NCBI GenBank assembly: GCA_945828315.1
Contig: CALZQA010000004.1
Span: 1,582-65,581, forward strand
Reading direction: 5' to 3'
DNA: 64,000 bases
Origin: an uncultured bacterium
Lineage (GTDB): Bacteria; Bacillota; Clostridia; Lachnospirales; Lachnospiraceae
Position numbers and translations under genes: made by a program. Within the stretch, counting starts at the first letter, position 1, and each line of letters begins with the position of its first letter. Below the pieces are notes generated by a model, which saw nothing but the letters and a program-made list of their open reading frames with translations, did not search any database and was not told where the DNA came from. This document shows positions 19,608 to 29,585 of this stretch, piece by piece.

Positions 19608-21654
19608 CCAAATCTACATTAATATATCTTCCGTAAGCATCCAGTATGCCATCTACCTGACCGGTGCTGGAATACTGCCACATGCGCACATTGCCGCCGC
19701 CCTCATATCTGTGACCAAGACTCTGACTGCAGTAGCGGGCGATCCAGATATCCACATTTTCCTCTGCCAGTTTGGTCTGGTCGATATAATTGTTCAGCCA
19801 GTTCAGATTCGCATATACAACAAACCGATATCCCGCCTCCTCTATGATCCGCTTGTATTCCAATATAAGCTCCGTGCGGGCTGCCTTGTTCATATTTTTG
19901 ATCTGATTATCACTTTCCAGGTCAAGTGCGATCGGATAGTCGAGCGGTTTTCCATCCAGCAGCTCCAGAAGATAGTTTGCCTCATCGATTCCCTCATCTA
20001 CCGATTTTGCCAGCGTATAGCAGTAGATGCCCACCGGAATCCCCTGCTCCTTCGCACCTGCATAATAGTTTTCAAACTGTATATCCTTGGATGTTCCGTG
20101 TGCCAGACGCAACATTGCGAACTTGATCCCGGAGGCCTTCACAGTCTTCCAGTCGATCGCCTGCTGCCATTTGGAAACATCAATACCATTGAGCTGGCAG
20201 TCCGTCACTGTTACGTCCACACTCGTCGTGACTGTATCCACGGAAACGATGATCTGCGTCTTTCCGGGAGCTACGCCCGTCACAGTACCATCCGCACTGA
20301 CAGTCGCCACTGTCGGATCCGCACTGCTCCAGCTGGTCGTTCCCGGCAGTTCACTGGTCGCACTCAGAACCCCTGTCGTTCCGGGCCCGAGAAACAGTGT
20401 ACGGGTATTTACCTTGATCTTGCCGATCTTTACAGTTACCGCAGGACTCTTTTCACTGATCAGCGATCCGTGTACCGCCTCGATCCGGTAGGAATATGTC
20501 TCTCCCATGGTCAGGCCGGAATCCGTGTAGCTACAGTTCGTGACCTTTGTTGCGATTCTTGTATATTCGCTGCTCGTGCCCACTGCCCGGTAAATCCGAT
20601 AAGAAGACGCAGCCTTCGAAGACGTCCATGACAGAGATACCGTTCCTTCACCGTCCTGTGTCGCGATCACACCCGCCGGCACATCCGACAGCGTCCATTT
20701 TGTCTTTAATACCGACATCGTACTATAACTCTTTTGCCCCTTGATCGTCTTCACCGCACTAAGCTTGTAATAATATTGCGTGCCTGCTTCCACTGTTGTA
20801 TCCGTCCAGGCAGTCGTATCACTACCCGTCTCACCCACCGGTTCATAGTTCCCTGTCTTGGTGAGACTCCGATAGATCACGTAGCCATCTGCTTCCGCCA
20901 CACTGCTCCAGCTGACCGTAAGACTGTTATTTTCCGTGTTTGTAACACTTGAGATCACCGGCGTTCCAATCTTTGCAGTAACGCTCTGCGGTGTCGAACA
21001 CGTTCCTTTTACCGCTTTTCCATCGGGATTATAATGCATCGGCATGATCTTGTAATAATAAGTCACACCTGTTGTCACTTTGTTCGTGTAGGATGTGGTA
21101 TGCAGAGTCTTTACTCTCTTATAGCCTCCTGTCTGTGTCATACTGCGATACAGACGATAATAATCAGCGCCCTCAACTTCCGTCCATTCTATAGTGACAC
21201 TGTCATAAGTACCTGCCTCCAGCTTTGTCACGGCAGGAGCAGAAAGCTTTGGTTTCACCTGCAAGCAGTTTGACACTACCTTTACTCCATCCGCACTTTT
21301 AGCGATCAGCCGATAATAATAATTTTGCGATGTATACAGATCACCGGCGGTAAACCGCAGCTCCTGACCTGCCTTTCTGGTCGCTATAGTCGTATATTTT
21401 TTCTTGTCCACAGACTGCTGCAATGCATACTTCACTGCCTGGTCCACCGGCTTCCATGTAAGTGTCACCGAATCATAGCTGACCGACTCTGCCGTGAGCG
21501 TCGGCGCGGTAAGTACAGTAGCTGTCTTTGTCACCTGATCATCTGCTGCTGTCTCCTCTGCCGGCGCCGCAAAAACTGTCTGCGCGGGTACGCACAATGC
21601 GATTGCCGCCACTCCCAGACCAACAGCCAGCATTTTTCGTATATATCGATTCAT
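19585..21654 (-). CDS. secreted multi-Fn3 / Big_2 / GH25 muramidase (lysozyme)
   Basis: GGGAGGAAG SD and a signal peptide. At least four Fn3-type modules (e.g. ...SVTLTWKPVDQAVKYALQQS, ...SVTIEWTEVEGADYYRLYRS, ...LTVSWSSVAEADGYVIYRS, ...VSLSWTSSKAASSYRIYRA). One Big_2-like module. C-terminal GH25 domain NGIDVSKWQQAIDWKTVKASGIKFAMLRL... Confidence 0.8.
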   Translation of the reverse strand: MNRYIRKMLAVGLGVAAIALCVPAQTVFAAPAEETAADDQVTKTATVLTAPTLTAESVSYDSVTLTWKPVDQAVKYALQQSVDKKKYTTIATRKAGQELRFTAGDLYTSQNYYYRLIAKSADGVKVVSNCLQVKPKLSAPAVTKLEAGTYDSVTIEWTEVEGADYYRLYRSMTQTGGYKRVKTLHTTSYTNKVTTGVTYYYKIMPMHYNPDGKAVKGTCSTPQSVTAKIGTPVISSVTNTENNSLTVSWSSVAEADGYVIYRSLTKTGNYEPVGETGSDTTAWTDTTVEAGTQYYYKLSAVKTIKGQKSYSTMSVLKTKWTLSDVPAGVIATQDGEGTVSLSWTSSKAASSYRIYRAVGTSSEYTRIATKVTNCSYTDSGLTMGETYSYRIEAVHGSLISEKSPAVTVKIGKIKVNTRTLFLGPGTTGVLSATSELPGTTSWSSADPTVATVSADGTVTGVAPGKTQIIVSVDTVTTSVDVTVTDCQLNGIDVSKWQQAIDWKTVKASGIKFAMLRLAHGTSKDIQFENYYAGAKEQGIPVGIYCYTLAKSVDEGIDEANYLLELLDGKPLDYPIALDLESDNQIKNMNKAARTELILEYKRIIEEAGYRFVVYANLNWLNNYIDQTKLAEENVDIWIARYCSQSLGHRYEGGGNVRMWQYSSTGQVDGILDAYGRYINVDLDVCYDGY

Positions 21655-21686
21655 ACTTCCTCCCTTATCTCCTGTTATTTGCCATA

Positions 21687-21715
21687 AGTGTATCGAAAAT
21701 CATGCGGAAAGTCAA
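21687..21715 (-). promoter_or_regulatory. sigma-A-type promoter in front of the GH25-to-cbiG gene string
   Basis: Minus strand reads TTGACT (21715-21710), a 17-nt spacer, then TACACT (21692-21687). It lies about 33 nt upstream of the GH25 start codon. Confidence 0.5.
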
Positions 21716-21735
21716 TGCACGGGCCATCCCCAAAC

Positions 21736-21918
21736 CTACATCTGATGCCGCACTACAAGATATTCATTATCCAGCTGGTAATACGGGCAGTTGTCAAAGG
21801 TACCCGTCAAAAAACGCACCATGTCATCCTCATCGAGATTCATATCACAGACATAGCACTCATCCTCGTCATCATAAACAAAGTTCACGCAGGAATCACA
21901 GTTTGATACTTCCTTCAT
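21736..21918 (-). CDS. small acidic Cys-rich protein (DUF6472-like)
   Basis: 60 aa. Cys pattern CDSC...ECYVC...NC, which could bind metal. Very acidic (DDEDE, DEDD). Ends in VVRHQM, as I recall for the clostridial DUF6472 family. Not verified. Confidence 0.5.
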   Translation of the reverse strand: MKEVSNCDSCVNFVYDDEDECYVCDMNLDEDDMVRFLTGTFDNCPYYQLDNEYLVVRHQM

Positions 21919-22049
21919 CTCATCGCTCCTCTCCTGAAAATGCCCTTATCTTTTGAGCTCTCATTCCATTTTCTTGCTTCCCGGAAACGGAAAAATATAC
22001 TATATTAAATATATACGATAAATTATCTGTTTGCAAAGGGGTTCCGAAG

Positions 22050-23267
22050 ATGAAACATAAGAAAAACGCAAAAAACATCCTGATCCTGCAATTGCAGGGG
22101 GCATGCTATGATTCTTATACTTACTTCAGCGACCGGATCGCCGGTCAGCTGCGCTGTCTCGGACACAATGTCAGCATTTTTTCCTCTGCGGTGGAACCTC
22201 TTGAAAACCTTGAGCGTTTTGCAGGAAAGTCCTTTGATGCCGTGATCGACTGCAACTCCGCTGCTCCGCGGATCCTGACGGAGGAGAACGATTATTTTCT
22301 GGATACGATCGACGCACCGTTTTTCAATCTGCTGCTGGATCATCCCCTCTATCACCACGATTCGCTGAAATGTCCGCTGAGAAATTATCATGTCCGCTGT
22401 CTGGACGAAAATCACGTTACTTATGTGAAAACATATTATCCCCATATCCAAAGCACAGGACTGTGGGCAGCCACCGGATCAGCCGCCGGTGAACTGTCAG
22501 ATACTTCAGATGTTCGCGAAAGCAGTCGCCGGGAAGCGCATGCTTCTGCGCTTACTCCCATCGCAGATCGCAAGATACCGGTCCTGTTCTGTGCCACCTA
22601 CACAGACCCCGATGAAGTCCTCACTGCGCTCCGTGCACTGCCCCCTTTTTTACAGGAGGATCTTCACCGGCTGATCGATGTGCTCTTATCCGATTCCAGC
22701 CTGACGATCGAGGGCGCGATCACCATGCTCGGCGACTCCCTGAACGTCTATTTGCCGGAATCTATGCCGCTGTTTGTTCAGAGCTGTTTTCTCGCAGATA
22801 CTTACGTGCGCGCCTACAGGCGGAGGGCACTGGTGAACGCCGCCGCCCATGCGGGACTTCCCCTGTGGCTCGTAGGAGCGGACTGGGACAAGCTGACGCT
22901 TCCCGCGGGCAGCGCCGTCTCTGTTCATCCGGGCGTACCTTATACCGAAATCTTTTCACTGATGGCGGACAGCCGCCTCACCTTAAACCTTATGCCGGAA
23001 TTCAAGGCCGGCTTTCATGACCGGATCTTTTCCGCCATGCTGAACGGATCTGTGGCTGTCACAGATCCGTCAAAGCGGCTTCTACGTGAGTTTACCGATC
23101 ACAGGGAACTGTTGTTTTATGATGTCATGCACATGGATGAGAGCTGTGAACAACTGCGCGAAGCATTAGAAAAGCCCCGAATGCTGCAGCAGATCGCAGA
23201 TTCGGGGCTCAAGGCCGCAAACGAGCGTTTCACCTGGAAAACCCTCGTTTCCACATATGCAGTTTAA
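22050..23267 (+). CDS. CgeB-like / glycosyltransferase-fold protein (uncertain)
   Basis: Clean 405-aa ORF with an AAGGGG SD. The C-terminal half (LNLMPEFKAGFHDRIFSAMLNGSVAVTDPSKRLLREF) resembles CgeB/Glyco_trans_1_2-type domains. Weak recognition only. Confidence 0.35.
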   Translation: MKHKKNAKNILILQLQGACYDSYTYFSDRIAGQLRCLGHNVSIFSSAVEPLENLERFAGKSFDAVIDCNSAAPRILTEENDYFLDTIDAPFFNLLLDHPLYHHDSLKCPLRNYHVRCLDENHVTYVKTYYPHIQSTGLWAATGSAAGELSDTSDVRESSRREAHASALTPIADRKIPVLFCATYTDPDEVLTALRALPPFLQEDLHRLIDVLLSDSSLTIEGAITMLGDSLNVYLPESMPLFVQSCFLADTYVRAYRRRALVNAAAHAGLPLWLVGADWDKLTLPAGSAVSVHPGVPYTEIFSLMADSRLTLNLMPEFKAGFHDRIFSAMLNGSVAVTDPSKRLLREFTDHRELLFYDVMHMDESCEQLREALEKPRMLQQIADSGLKAANERFTWKTLVSTYAV

Positions 23268-24017
23268 TTACATTTCACTGTTTCCGGCATAGTACGGTCC
23301 GGGAACCTTTGTGCGAAGTACCTTGTACAGTTCCACACATGTGTACTGATAGTAGGGATTTACCCAGAAAATGCCTACCAGATTGAATGTAACGGCAGCT
23401 AATATCTCCCACAGGATAAAGGACAGATCCAGCACGAACGCATCCCATTTCTCGCCATCCATCATCTCGGTTGACAGACGCTTTGCCTCAGAGAAGCTGA
23501 GGTTCGGATCCTCTGCCAGCAGGTAAGGGATCATGCGGTACTGGTATGCCTTTACGATACCGGGCACAACGAGTAACAGTGACCACAGGAAAATAAACAG
23601 ATTCTGCAGGAAAATTCCCGAAACAACATTCATGTAATTGTTCTTGAATGCGTATCCCATATTACCCAGATCTGCATTTCCATCACTTGCATCCAGGAAA
23701 TATTTCTTACATCCAACCTGGATCGGATTAAATACAAAAATAGACAATACCAGCGAAGCGATCACAACCACAAAGACGACAATTGCAGCCAATCCCAGTA
23801 TAAATGCCAGCATCCCCGCATATTTTCCGCCGATTCCGTCGATAAAACCGTTTCCGGTGATCCCGGTCGTTTCACTGTTGTCTGATCCTCTGCCGCTTCC
23901 GCCACCAAGACCTCCGCTCACCAGTGCCAGAACAAATGCAGCCAGCACTGACTTCCAGTAAAATGACTTCACACTGAACTTTGCTTTTTCTTTTAGATCT
24001 TTTCTTGTCCATTCCAT
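23268..24017 (-). CDS. DUF975 family membrane protein
   Basis: AGGAGG SD. Typical N-terminus MEWTRKDLKEKAKFSVKSFYWKSVLAAFVLAL, a Gly-rich loop and multiple TM segments. Confidence 0.65.
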   Translation of the reverse strand: MEWTRKDLKEKAKFSVKSFYWKSVLAAFVLALVSGGLGGGSGRGSDNSETTGITGNGFIDGIGGKYAGMLAFILGLAAIVVFVVVIASLVLSIFVFNPIQVGCKKYFLDASDGNADLGNMGYAFKNNYMNVVSGIFLQNLFIFLWSLLLVVPGIVKAYQYRMIPYLLAEDPNLSFSEAKRLSTEMMDGEKWDAFVLDLSFILWEILAAVTFNLVGIFWVNPYYQYTCVELYKVLRTKVPGPYYAGNSEM

Positions 24018-24043
24018 AACCTATATCCTCCTTTATGAATATC

Positions 24044-24901
24044 TTATTTCATACGCTTGATCAACGCCACTCCATATGTGCCGTATCCAAGATGGCACCC
24101 CAGACTGAGCGGGATCGGAGACATACTGCAGCGCACGCCGAAATGATCCTCCATCTGTGCCTTCAGCTCCAGCGCATCCTCTTTGGACATGCTTGCAGCC
24201 GCCGCCAGATAAAACTGACTCAGATCGTCCGTATGGAATTTGTTCTGCAAAGTTTCTTCCAGACACTGCATCATCTTTTTTCGTGCCAGCTTATCACCGC
24301 GCACTTTACCGATTGCTTCCACCTTATCATCCTCTAACGAAAGGATCGGTTTAATGTTCAACAGGTTCCCCAGCACGGCTGATGATGCCGAAATACGTCC
24401 GCCCTGCTTTAAATATTTCAAATCCTCCACGGTAAGAAAGATTTTGCAGTCATTTTTTGCATAAACCAATTCCTTGAGGATCTGAGCTGCGTGCTCGCCT
24501 GCGAGAGCCCGCTTTCGCGCCTCCAGCACCGCCGCTTTCTGTGTCACACTGACGCGGCCGATATCCGCCACAAGTACTCTTCCATCATAGTCCTGCGCCA
24601 TTGCCTGTGCTGTCGCGCAGGAGCCGCTGAGTCCACTGGACATCGGTATATGCAAGAGCTCGTCATACTCCTCCAGCACCCGGTCCCACAGAGCCGTGAC
24701 ATCAGCCGGAGAAGGCTGTGAAGTATAAATCTTTGATCCTGCCTGCTGGCGGAGGTAAAACTCATCGTGGGTCATCGTGCGATCCTCAAAATAGAGTTCA
24801 TCATCCACATAAAAGGGCATGGGCAAAACATATACTCCATACTTTTTCGCTTTTTCCTGAGAAATCGCGCAGTTTGAATCCGTTACGATCGCTGTTTTCA
24901 T
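24044..24901 (-). CDS. DegV family fatty-acid-binding protein
   Basis: Start set at MKTAIVTDSNC with AAGGAG upstream. DegV-type sequence throughout (IVTDS..., HIPMSSGLSGSCATAQ, LKYLKQGGRIS). Confidence 0.85.
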   Translation of the reverse strand: MKTAIVTDSNCAISQEKAKKYGVYVLPMPFYVDDELYFEDRTMTHDEFYLRQQAGSKIYTSQPSPADVTALWDRVLEEYDELLHIPMSSGLSGSCATAQAMAQDYDGRVLVADIGRVSVTQKAAVLEARKRALAGEHAAQILKELVYAKNDCKIFLTVEDLKYLKQGGRISASSAVLGNLLNIKPILSLEDDKVEAIGKVRGDKLARKKMMQCLEETLQNKFHTDDLSQFYLAAAASMSKEDALELKAQMEDHFGVRCSMSPIPLSLGCHLGYGTYGVALIKRMK

Positions 24902-24987
24902 CAGATACTCCTTTTTTATCTTTTGTATCGCTTGCAGCCCGCTTTTGCTTTTCATAGGCTCAAACACCTGATTTTAGGTATGAAAAA

Positions 24988-25058
24988 AGCGGGTGATGGG
25001 AATCGAACCCACGTATCCAGCTTGGAAGGCTGGTGTTCTACCATTGAACTACACCCGC
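24988..25058 (-). tRNA. tRNA-Gly (anticodon UCC)
   Basis: Minus strand reads GCGGGTGTAGTTCAATGGTAGAACACCAGCCTTCCAAGCTGGATACGTGGGTTCGATTCCCATCACCCGCT. Full cloverleaf. Anticodon loop CTTCCAA. No encoded CCA. Confidence 0.95.
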
Positions 25059-25099
25059 AAAAACGATATTTGATTCTGTCCGTCTCACGAACGAATCTC

Positions 25100-25128
25100 A
25101 TTATAACATCGTTGTCTGCGGTTGTCAA
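25100..25128 (-). promoter_or_regulatory. consensus sigma-A promoter for tRNA-Gly
   Basis: Minus strand reads TTGACA (25128-25123), a 17-nt spacer, then TATAAT (25105-25100). Confidence 0.75.
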
Positions 25129-25140
25129 TGGTTCGTTTTA

Positions 25141-27465
25141 TTATTTTATCTTTACACTTTTTGCATTACTGAATGCACCATAGTATTTCGTTCCATCTAC
25201 CAGAACATAGCTGCGCACCTTGTAATAATAGGTACCGGACGAAAGATTTGTGTTCGTGCATGCCGTGTAGGAATTTTTCGACAGCGTACCGATCCGGCTG
25301 TAGCCGGAAGATTTTTTTCTGGAGCGATACAACTCATAGCCCGACGCATAACTGTCTTTTTTCCATGAAAGAGAGGCTGCTTTCGTCTTTGCCTTGATAC
25401 TGCGCCACGTGATCTTTTTCGGCAGGATCACGAATGTCGCTTTCTTTGTACCGCTGTAATCGCCCATACCTGTGATCACAACCGTTGCCTTGCCGGGCTT
25501 TGTGTTATTGCGGTATTCCACCTCATAATCATCATCCTGCATAAGCACTTCACCATTCAGCTTTACGGTCACATTCGGGGTCTTTGCTTTCCCATTATAC
25601 GTCTGGTTTGCCACTTTAATGTTTGCGGATGACAAGCTCACCTGAGTGATCTTGAAGGTCACGGTTTTACTGCCGCTATAACTGCCGGTTCCACTGATCA
25701 TGATACTGGCCGTTCCGGGTGCGATGTTATCACGGTAAGTCAGTGTATAATCCACATTCTGCTGCAGTGTTACGCTTCCGATCTTCACTGTGATCGATGG
25801 CCGGATCTCGTATCCGGTGTAACGCTGAGTCTCGATGCTGCTGACTGTCGTATTGCTGATATCTTTGCCGATGATCCGAAACGTCGTCGTCTTTGTTCCG
25901 GTATAATTGCCCCTTCCGGTTACAGTTACCGTCGCCGTACCGACATTCCGGTTATTGCTGTAGCTCACATAGTAATCCGTGTTCTGCCGCAGAGTCGTAT
26001 TATTCACCGTGACAGTAACGGTCGGTCGGATATCAGATCCGGTGTAGAGCTGATCCGGGATGGCTTCGATCGTTGTGGAAGACAAGTTCGGCCCTGTAAT
26101 GCGGAAGGTCGTTGTCCGCGTTCCGCTGTAGCTGCCGATACCGGTAATTGTGACGGAAGCTGTTCCCATATTGACATTATTTGAGTAAGAAACCGTATAA
26201 TCCGTACCTTCGCGCAACAGTATACTGTTTACATAGACAGTAACTGCCGGGCAGATGGCATAGCCGGTGTAAGACTGATCCGGAATCGAGGTGATCGTCG
26301 CATTCGCCACAGTGGGCGCAACGATCCGGAAATATGCCGACTTGCTTCCGGTATTCACATATTTTCCGATTCCGGTCACGGTCACAAACGCCGTTCCGAT
26401 ATTGATATTATTCTCATACTTAACGGTATAGTCTATATTTTCCGTCAGCAGCGTGCTGCCGATGCGTACCTTTATCGTCGGTCTAAGCTCGTATCCGGTA
26501 TAGCTCTGGTCTGCGATCGTATCGATCGTTGCCTGACTGATGCTGGGCTGTTGCACGACAACCGTAAAGGGTGAAGCAGCAAGGCCTCCGCAGGTAATGT
26601 TCACGCTCGTGCTGCCGATTCCCTGCGCATACAGAGAAGTTCCGTTAAAAGTGACGACCGATGTATCTGTCGGCGCTGCACTTACTGTGCCCACCAGCGG
26701 ACAGTATTCACTCATCGGATAATGCCCGTTCACCTGAATTGCCGCTTTGCACTTGCTCAGATCATAGTAATCACCCACGTTCATCGTAATGGTGTTCGTC
26801 GGTGCCCCTGAAATCGTTCGGTCCATGATCCGGCTGGTCTCGATCTCGACCGTGCGTATAACCGTTCCGTTGTCCTCCGGCAGAACGCCGGTCCCGCTCT
26901 TCGTGTCAGAAAACGCTGCCACCCAATAGTCTTTTCCGTTGTAGGACACATGTCCGACACCGACAGCCTGATAACCCGGATCTACCATGTGCAGATAATC
27001 AGACGATGTCTGGATCGCCGCCCATGCACTGTAGATCTGCGTTGCTGTAGTGCCCATACAGCTAATGCTTTCCACTGCCTTTTGATTCAGATACAGATCG
27101 ACTGCTCTCGTACCGTCCGGTCTGTATTGCGCGTCATAGACCAACGCGATCTCCGCGGCTCGCTGCATCGCTGTCTGCTCCAGACCATAGTCATATTCCA
27201 GCATCGACAGATCGGTCTGCACTGCGCCGCCGGAAGCGGCAGATGCGGCATTCTGATCATTGATATCCGTGCGTAGCGCATTGATCTGTGTCGCCAGCGC
27301 CCGGGCCTGTGTCTGCCCATAGGTCACCTGTATGCTGACCGTCTCCGTAGCCCCGGCTGCCTTCAACAGCTGCAGCGGTGTCAGCGGCAGTAACGCCACC
27401 GCCAGCACGACGACCAACATCCGCCGCAATATACATTCCCTCTTTTCTGCTCTCTTTTGCCTCAT
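25141..27465 (-). CDS. secreted CAP/SCP-domain surface protein with Ig-like domain, five 75-aa tandem repeats and terminal Fn3
   Basis: Start set at MRQKRAEK, with GGGGAGAAGG immediately upstream. Signal/TM segment present. CAP-like region LEYDYGLEQTAMQRAAEIA...GYQAVGVGHVSYNGKDYWVAAFS. Repeats of the form IxDQxYTGxxIxPxVTVxxxxxxLxxxxDYxVxYxNNxNxGTAxVTxTGxGxYxG. Terminal Fn3 module ASLSWKKDSYASGYELYRS. Confidence 0.8.
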   Translation of the reverse strand: MRQKRAEKRECILRRMLVVVLAVALLPLTPLQLLKAAGATETVSIQVTYGQTQARALATQINALRTDINDQNAASAASGGAVQTDLSMLEYDYGLEQTAMQRAAEIALVYDAQYRPDGTRAVDLYLNQKAVESISCMGTTATQIYSAWAAIQTSSDYLHMVDPGYQAVGVGHVSYNGKDYWVAAFSDTKSGTGVLPEDNGTVIRTVEIETSRIMDRTISGAPTNTITMNVGDYYDLSKCKAAIQVNGHYPMSEYCPLVGTVSAAPTDTSVVTFNGTSLYAQGIGSTSVNITCGGLAASPFTVVVQQPSISQATIDTIADQSYTGYELRPTIKVRIGSTLLTENIDYTVKYENNINIGTAFVTVTGIGKYVNTGSKSAYFRIVAPTVANATITSIPDQSYTGYAICPAVTVYVNSILLREGTDYTVSYSNNVNMGTASVTITGIGSYSGTRTTTFRITGPNLSSTTIEAIPDQLYTGSDIRPTVTVTVNNTTLRQNTDYYVSYSNNRNVGTATVTVTGRGNYTGTKTTTFRIIGKDISNTTVSSIETQRYTGYEIRPSITVKIGSVTLQQNVDYTLTYRDNIAPGTASIMISGTGSYSGSKTVTFKITQVSLSSANIKVANQTYNGKAKTPNVTVKLNGEVLMQDDDYEVEYRNNTKPGKATVVITGMGDYSGTKKATFVILPKKITWRSIKAKTKAASLSWKKDSYASGYELYRSRKKSSGYSRIGTLSKNSYTACTNTNLSSGTYYYKVRSYVLVDGTKYYGAFSNAKSVKIK
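25423..26547 (-). repeat. five in-frame tandem coding repeats, period about 225 bp (75 aa)
   Basis: Protein residues about 316-690 of the 25141..27492 ORF. Units end ...FRIV, FRIT, FRII, FKIT, FVIL. The conserved core is DQ.YTG...P.VTV......L....DY.V.Y.NN.N.GTA.VT.TG.G.Y.G. Confidence 0.85.
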
Positions 27466-27509
27466 CCTTCTCCCCGCCTTTCTTTCACACATAGATCCCT
27501 GTTGCCCTC

Positions 27510-27538
27510 ATTATACGCCCAAAGCATACAAGAAGCAA
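27510..27538 (-). promoter_or_regulatory. sigma-A promoter of the CAP-domain surface protein gene
   Basis: Minus strand reads TTGCTT (27538-27533), a 17-nt spacer, then TATAAT (27515-27510). Confidence 0.55.
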
Positions 27539-27554
27539 CCGCTTTGCTGATACG

Positions 27555-27608
27555 AAAAAAGCTGACACACATACGATATTCTACTCGTACATGTGTCAGC
27601 TGTTTTTT
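27555..27608. terminator. bidirectional terminator downstream of tRNA-Phe
   Basis: AAAAAA, then GCTGACACA...TGTGTCAGC (9 perfect bp plus an extended imperfect stem), then TTTTTT. Confidence 0.7.
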
Positions 27609-27612
27609 ATTA

Positions 27613-27685
27613 TGCCCAGTTTCGGAATCGAACCAAAGACACAAGGATTTTCAGTCCTTTGCTCTACCAACTGAGCTAACTGGGC
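27613..27685 (-). tRNA. tRNA-Phe (anticodon GAA)
   Basis: Minus strand reads GCCCAGTTAGCTCAGTTGGTAGAGCAAAGGACTGAAAATCCTTGTGTCTTTGGTTCGATTCCGAAACTGGGCA. Anticodon loop CTGAAAA. Confidence 0.95.
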
Positions 27686-27713
27686 AGATGCTGTGAGTGC
27701 TCACAACAAATTA

Positions 27714-27742
27714 AATATAATACGATGCTCGAAAATTGTCAA
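27714..27742 (-). promoter_or_regulatory. sigma-A promoter for tRNA-Phe
   Basis: Minus strand reads TTGACA (27742-27737), a 17-nt spacer, then TATATT (27719-27714). Confidence 0.65.
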
Positions 27743-27919
27743 GTCTTATCCTTTTTATCCCGCCACATGCCTTGAAGTCATTGATCATGGTCGGTGTACA
27801 GAACGGATAGGATCACTGCAGGCATATTTTCCATGAGCGCAATGGAACTGACACCCATCGTCATGGCACAAATGCCAAAGATCGTATTTAAGCCGTTCTT
27901 TAAATCCACTGCTTCACAA

Positions 27920-29374
27920 CTACGCGTTCTGTAATTTCTCGATCGCCGCCTCGATACGTGCGATGGTCTCGTCCTTGCCAAGCACCTCCATCAGCTCCGT
28001 CGCACCTCCGGGTGTCATCTGTTTACCGGAAACTGCAGTACGGATCGGCCACATCACATAACCGTTTTTCACACCCTTCTCCTCAACATAAGCGCTGAGC
28101 ATTGCATAAAGTGCATCGTTGCTGTAATCGGTCTGCTCCTTTAATTTTGGAAGAACCTCTGTGAGCACCTCCAGTGAAGTCTCTGTGTTCGTCTTCATTT
28201 TCTTATGTGTGTACATGGACACGTCATATTCAGGCACTGCCTCGAAGAAATCAATGTGATCCTTGATATCAGGCAGGATCTCGATACGGGTCTTCACCAT
28301 TTTTGCAATTTTGCGCAGATCATAGTCCTTTGTGATGACCTCACGGATCACAGGCTCAGCCATCTCATAAAACCGCTCGTCATCCATCGCCTTGAAGTAC
28401 TCGCCGTTCATCCACTTTAACTTCACCATATCAAATACAGCGGGTGATTTACTGATGTGCTTATAGTCAAAGGCCTCTACCAGCTCCTCCAGCGTGAAGA
28501 TCTCGCGGTTATCACTGGGGCTCCAGCCCAGCAGTGCCACAAAGTTCACCACTGCCTCTGACAAAAAGCCCTGCTCGATCAGATCCTCATAAGAGCTGTG
28601 TCCACTTCTCTTGGAGAGCTTCTGATGCTCCTCGTTGACGATAAGCGGGCAGTGAATGTATTTGGGTTCCTCCCAGCCAAAGGCCTTGTACAGGATCGTA
28701 TATTTCGGTGCGGAGGACAGATACTCGCAGCCACGGATCACATGTGTGATGCCCATGAGATGATCGTCCACAACATTTGCGAAATTATAGGTAGGATAAC
28801 CATCCGACTTGATGAGGATCATGTCGTCCAGTTCCTCGTTGGGCGCGGAAATATCGCCGTAGATCTCATCATGGAAGGTCGTTGTACCCTCGGTAGGCAT
28901 ATTTGCACGGATCACGTAAGGCTTGCCGGCTGCCAGGTTTGCCTCAATCTCCTCTTTTGACAAATGCAGACAGTGTTTGTCATACATCATGATCTCTTTT
29001 CCTGCCACCTCTTTGCGCAGGGAATCGATCCGCTCCTTGTCGCAGAAGCAGTAATAAGCTGCACCCTTATCGATGAGCTGCTTCGCATATTCCATGTAAA
29101 GTCCGCTCTTGCAGCGCTCGCTCTGCACATAAGGACCAACGCCTCCATCTTTATCCGGACCTTCATCGTGCTTCAGACCGGTCTTCTCCAATGTACGGTA
29201 AATGATGTCCAACGCTTCTTCAAAAAAACGTTCCTGGTCAGTGTCCTCTATTCTCAAAATAAAATCGCCGCCCTCATGCTTGGCGATCAGGTACGTATAC
29301 AATGCCGTACGCAAATTGCCGACATGCATTCTTCCGGTCGGGCTGGGGGCAAATCTTGTTCTTACTTTACTCAT
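27920..29374 (-). CDS. gltX: glutamate--tRNA ligase
   Basis: AAGGAG SD. Motifs [20 protein letters not shown] (HIGH-type) and KLSKRSG (KMSKS-type). 484 aa. Confidence 0.95.
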   Translation of the reverse strand: MSKVRTRFAPSPTGRMHVGNLRTALYTYLIAKHEGGDFILRIEDTDQERFFEEALDIIYRTLEKTGLKHDEGPDKDGGVGPYVQSERCKSGLYMEYAKQLIDKGAAYYCFCDKERIDSLRKEVAGKEIMMYDKHCLHLSKEEIEANLAAGKPYVIRANMPTEGTTTFHDEIYGDISAPNEELDDMILIKSDGYPTYNFANVVDDHLMGITHVIRGCEYLSSAPKYTILYKAFGWEEPKYIHCPLIVNEEHQKLSKRSGHSSYEDLIEQGFLSEAVVNFVALLGWSPSDNREIFTLEELVEAFDYKHISKSPAVFDMVKLKWMNGEYFKAMDDERFYEMAEPVIREVITKDYDLRKIAKMVKTRIEILPDIKDHIDFFEAVPEYDVSMYTHKKMKTNTETSLEVLTEVLPKLKEQTDYSNDALYAMLSAYVEEKGVKNGYVMWPIRTAVSGKQMTPGGATELMEVLGKDETIARIEAAIEKLQNA

Positions 29375-29466
29375 GATGTCTCTCCTTTATGGCTTCCATT
29401 GTTCTTGTATAGATACGAATCAATACCAATTGCGGCAAAACCGCTCACAATCAGCATACACCGCTC

Positions 29467-29495
29467 ATTATACAACCACAATTTAAAATGCACAA
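29467..29495 (-). promoter_or_regulatory. sigma-A promoter for gltX
   Basis: Minus strand reads TTGTGC (29495-29490), a 17-nt spacer, then TATAAT (29472-29467). Confidence 0.5.
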
Positions 29496-29585
29496 GCATA
29501 AAAACGCCGCATCGTACATATCTGTATCAACACGGCGTCTTTACTCATATGCGATTGTCTGGTTCATAAAACTTTGATACTCCTT

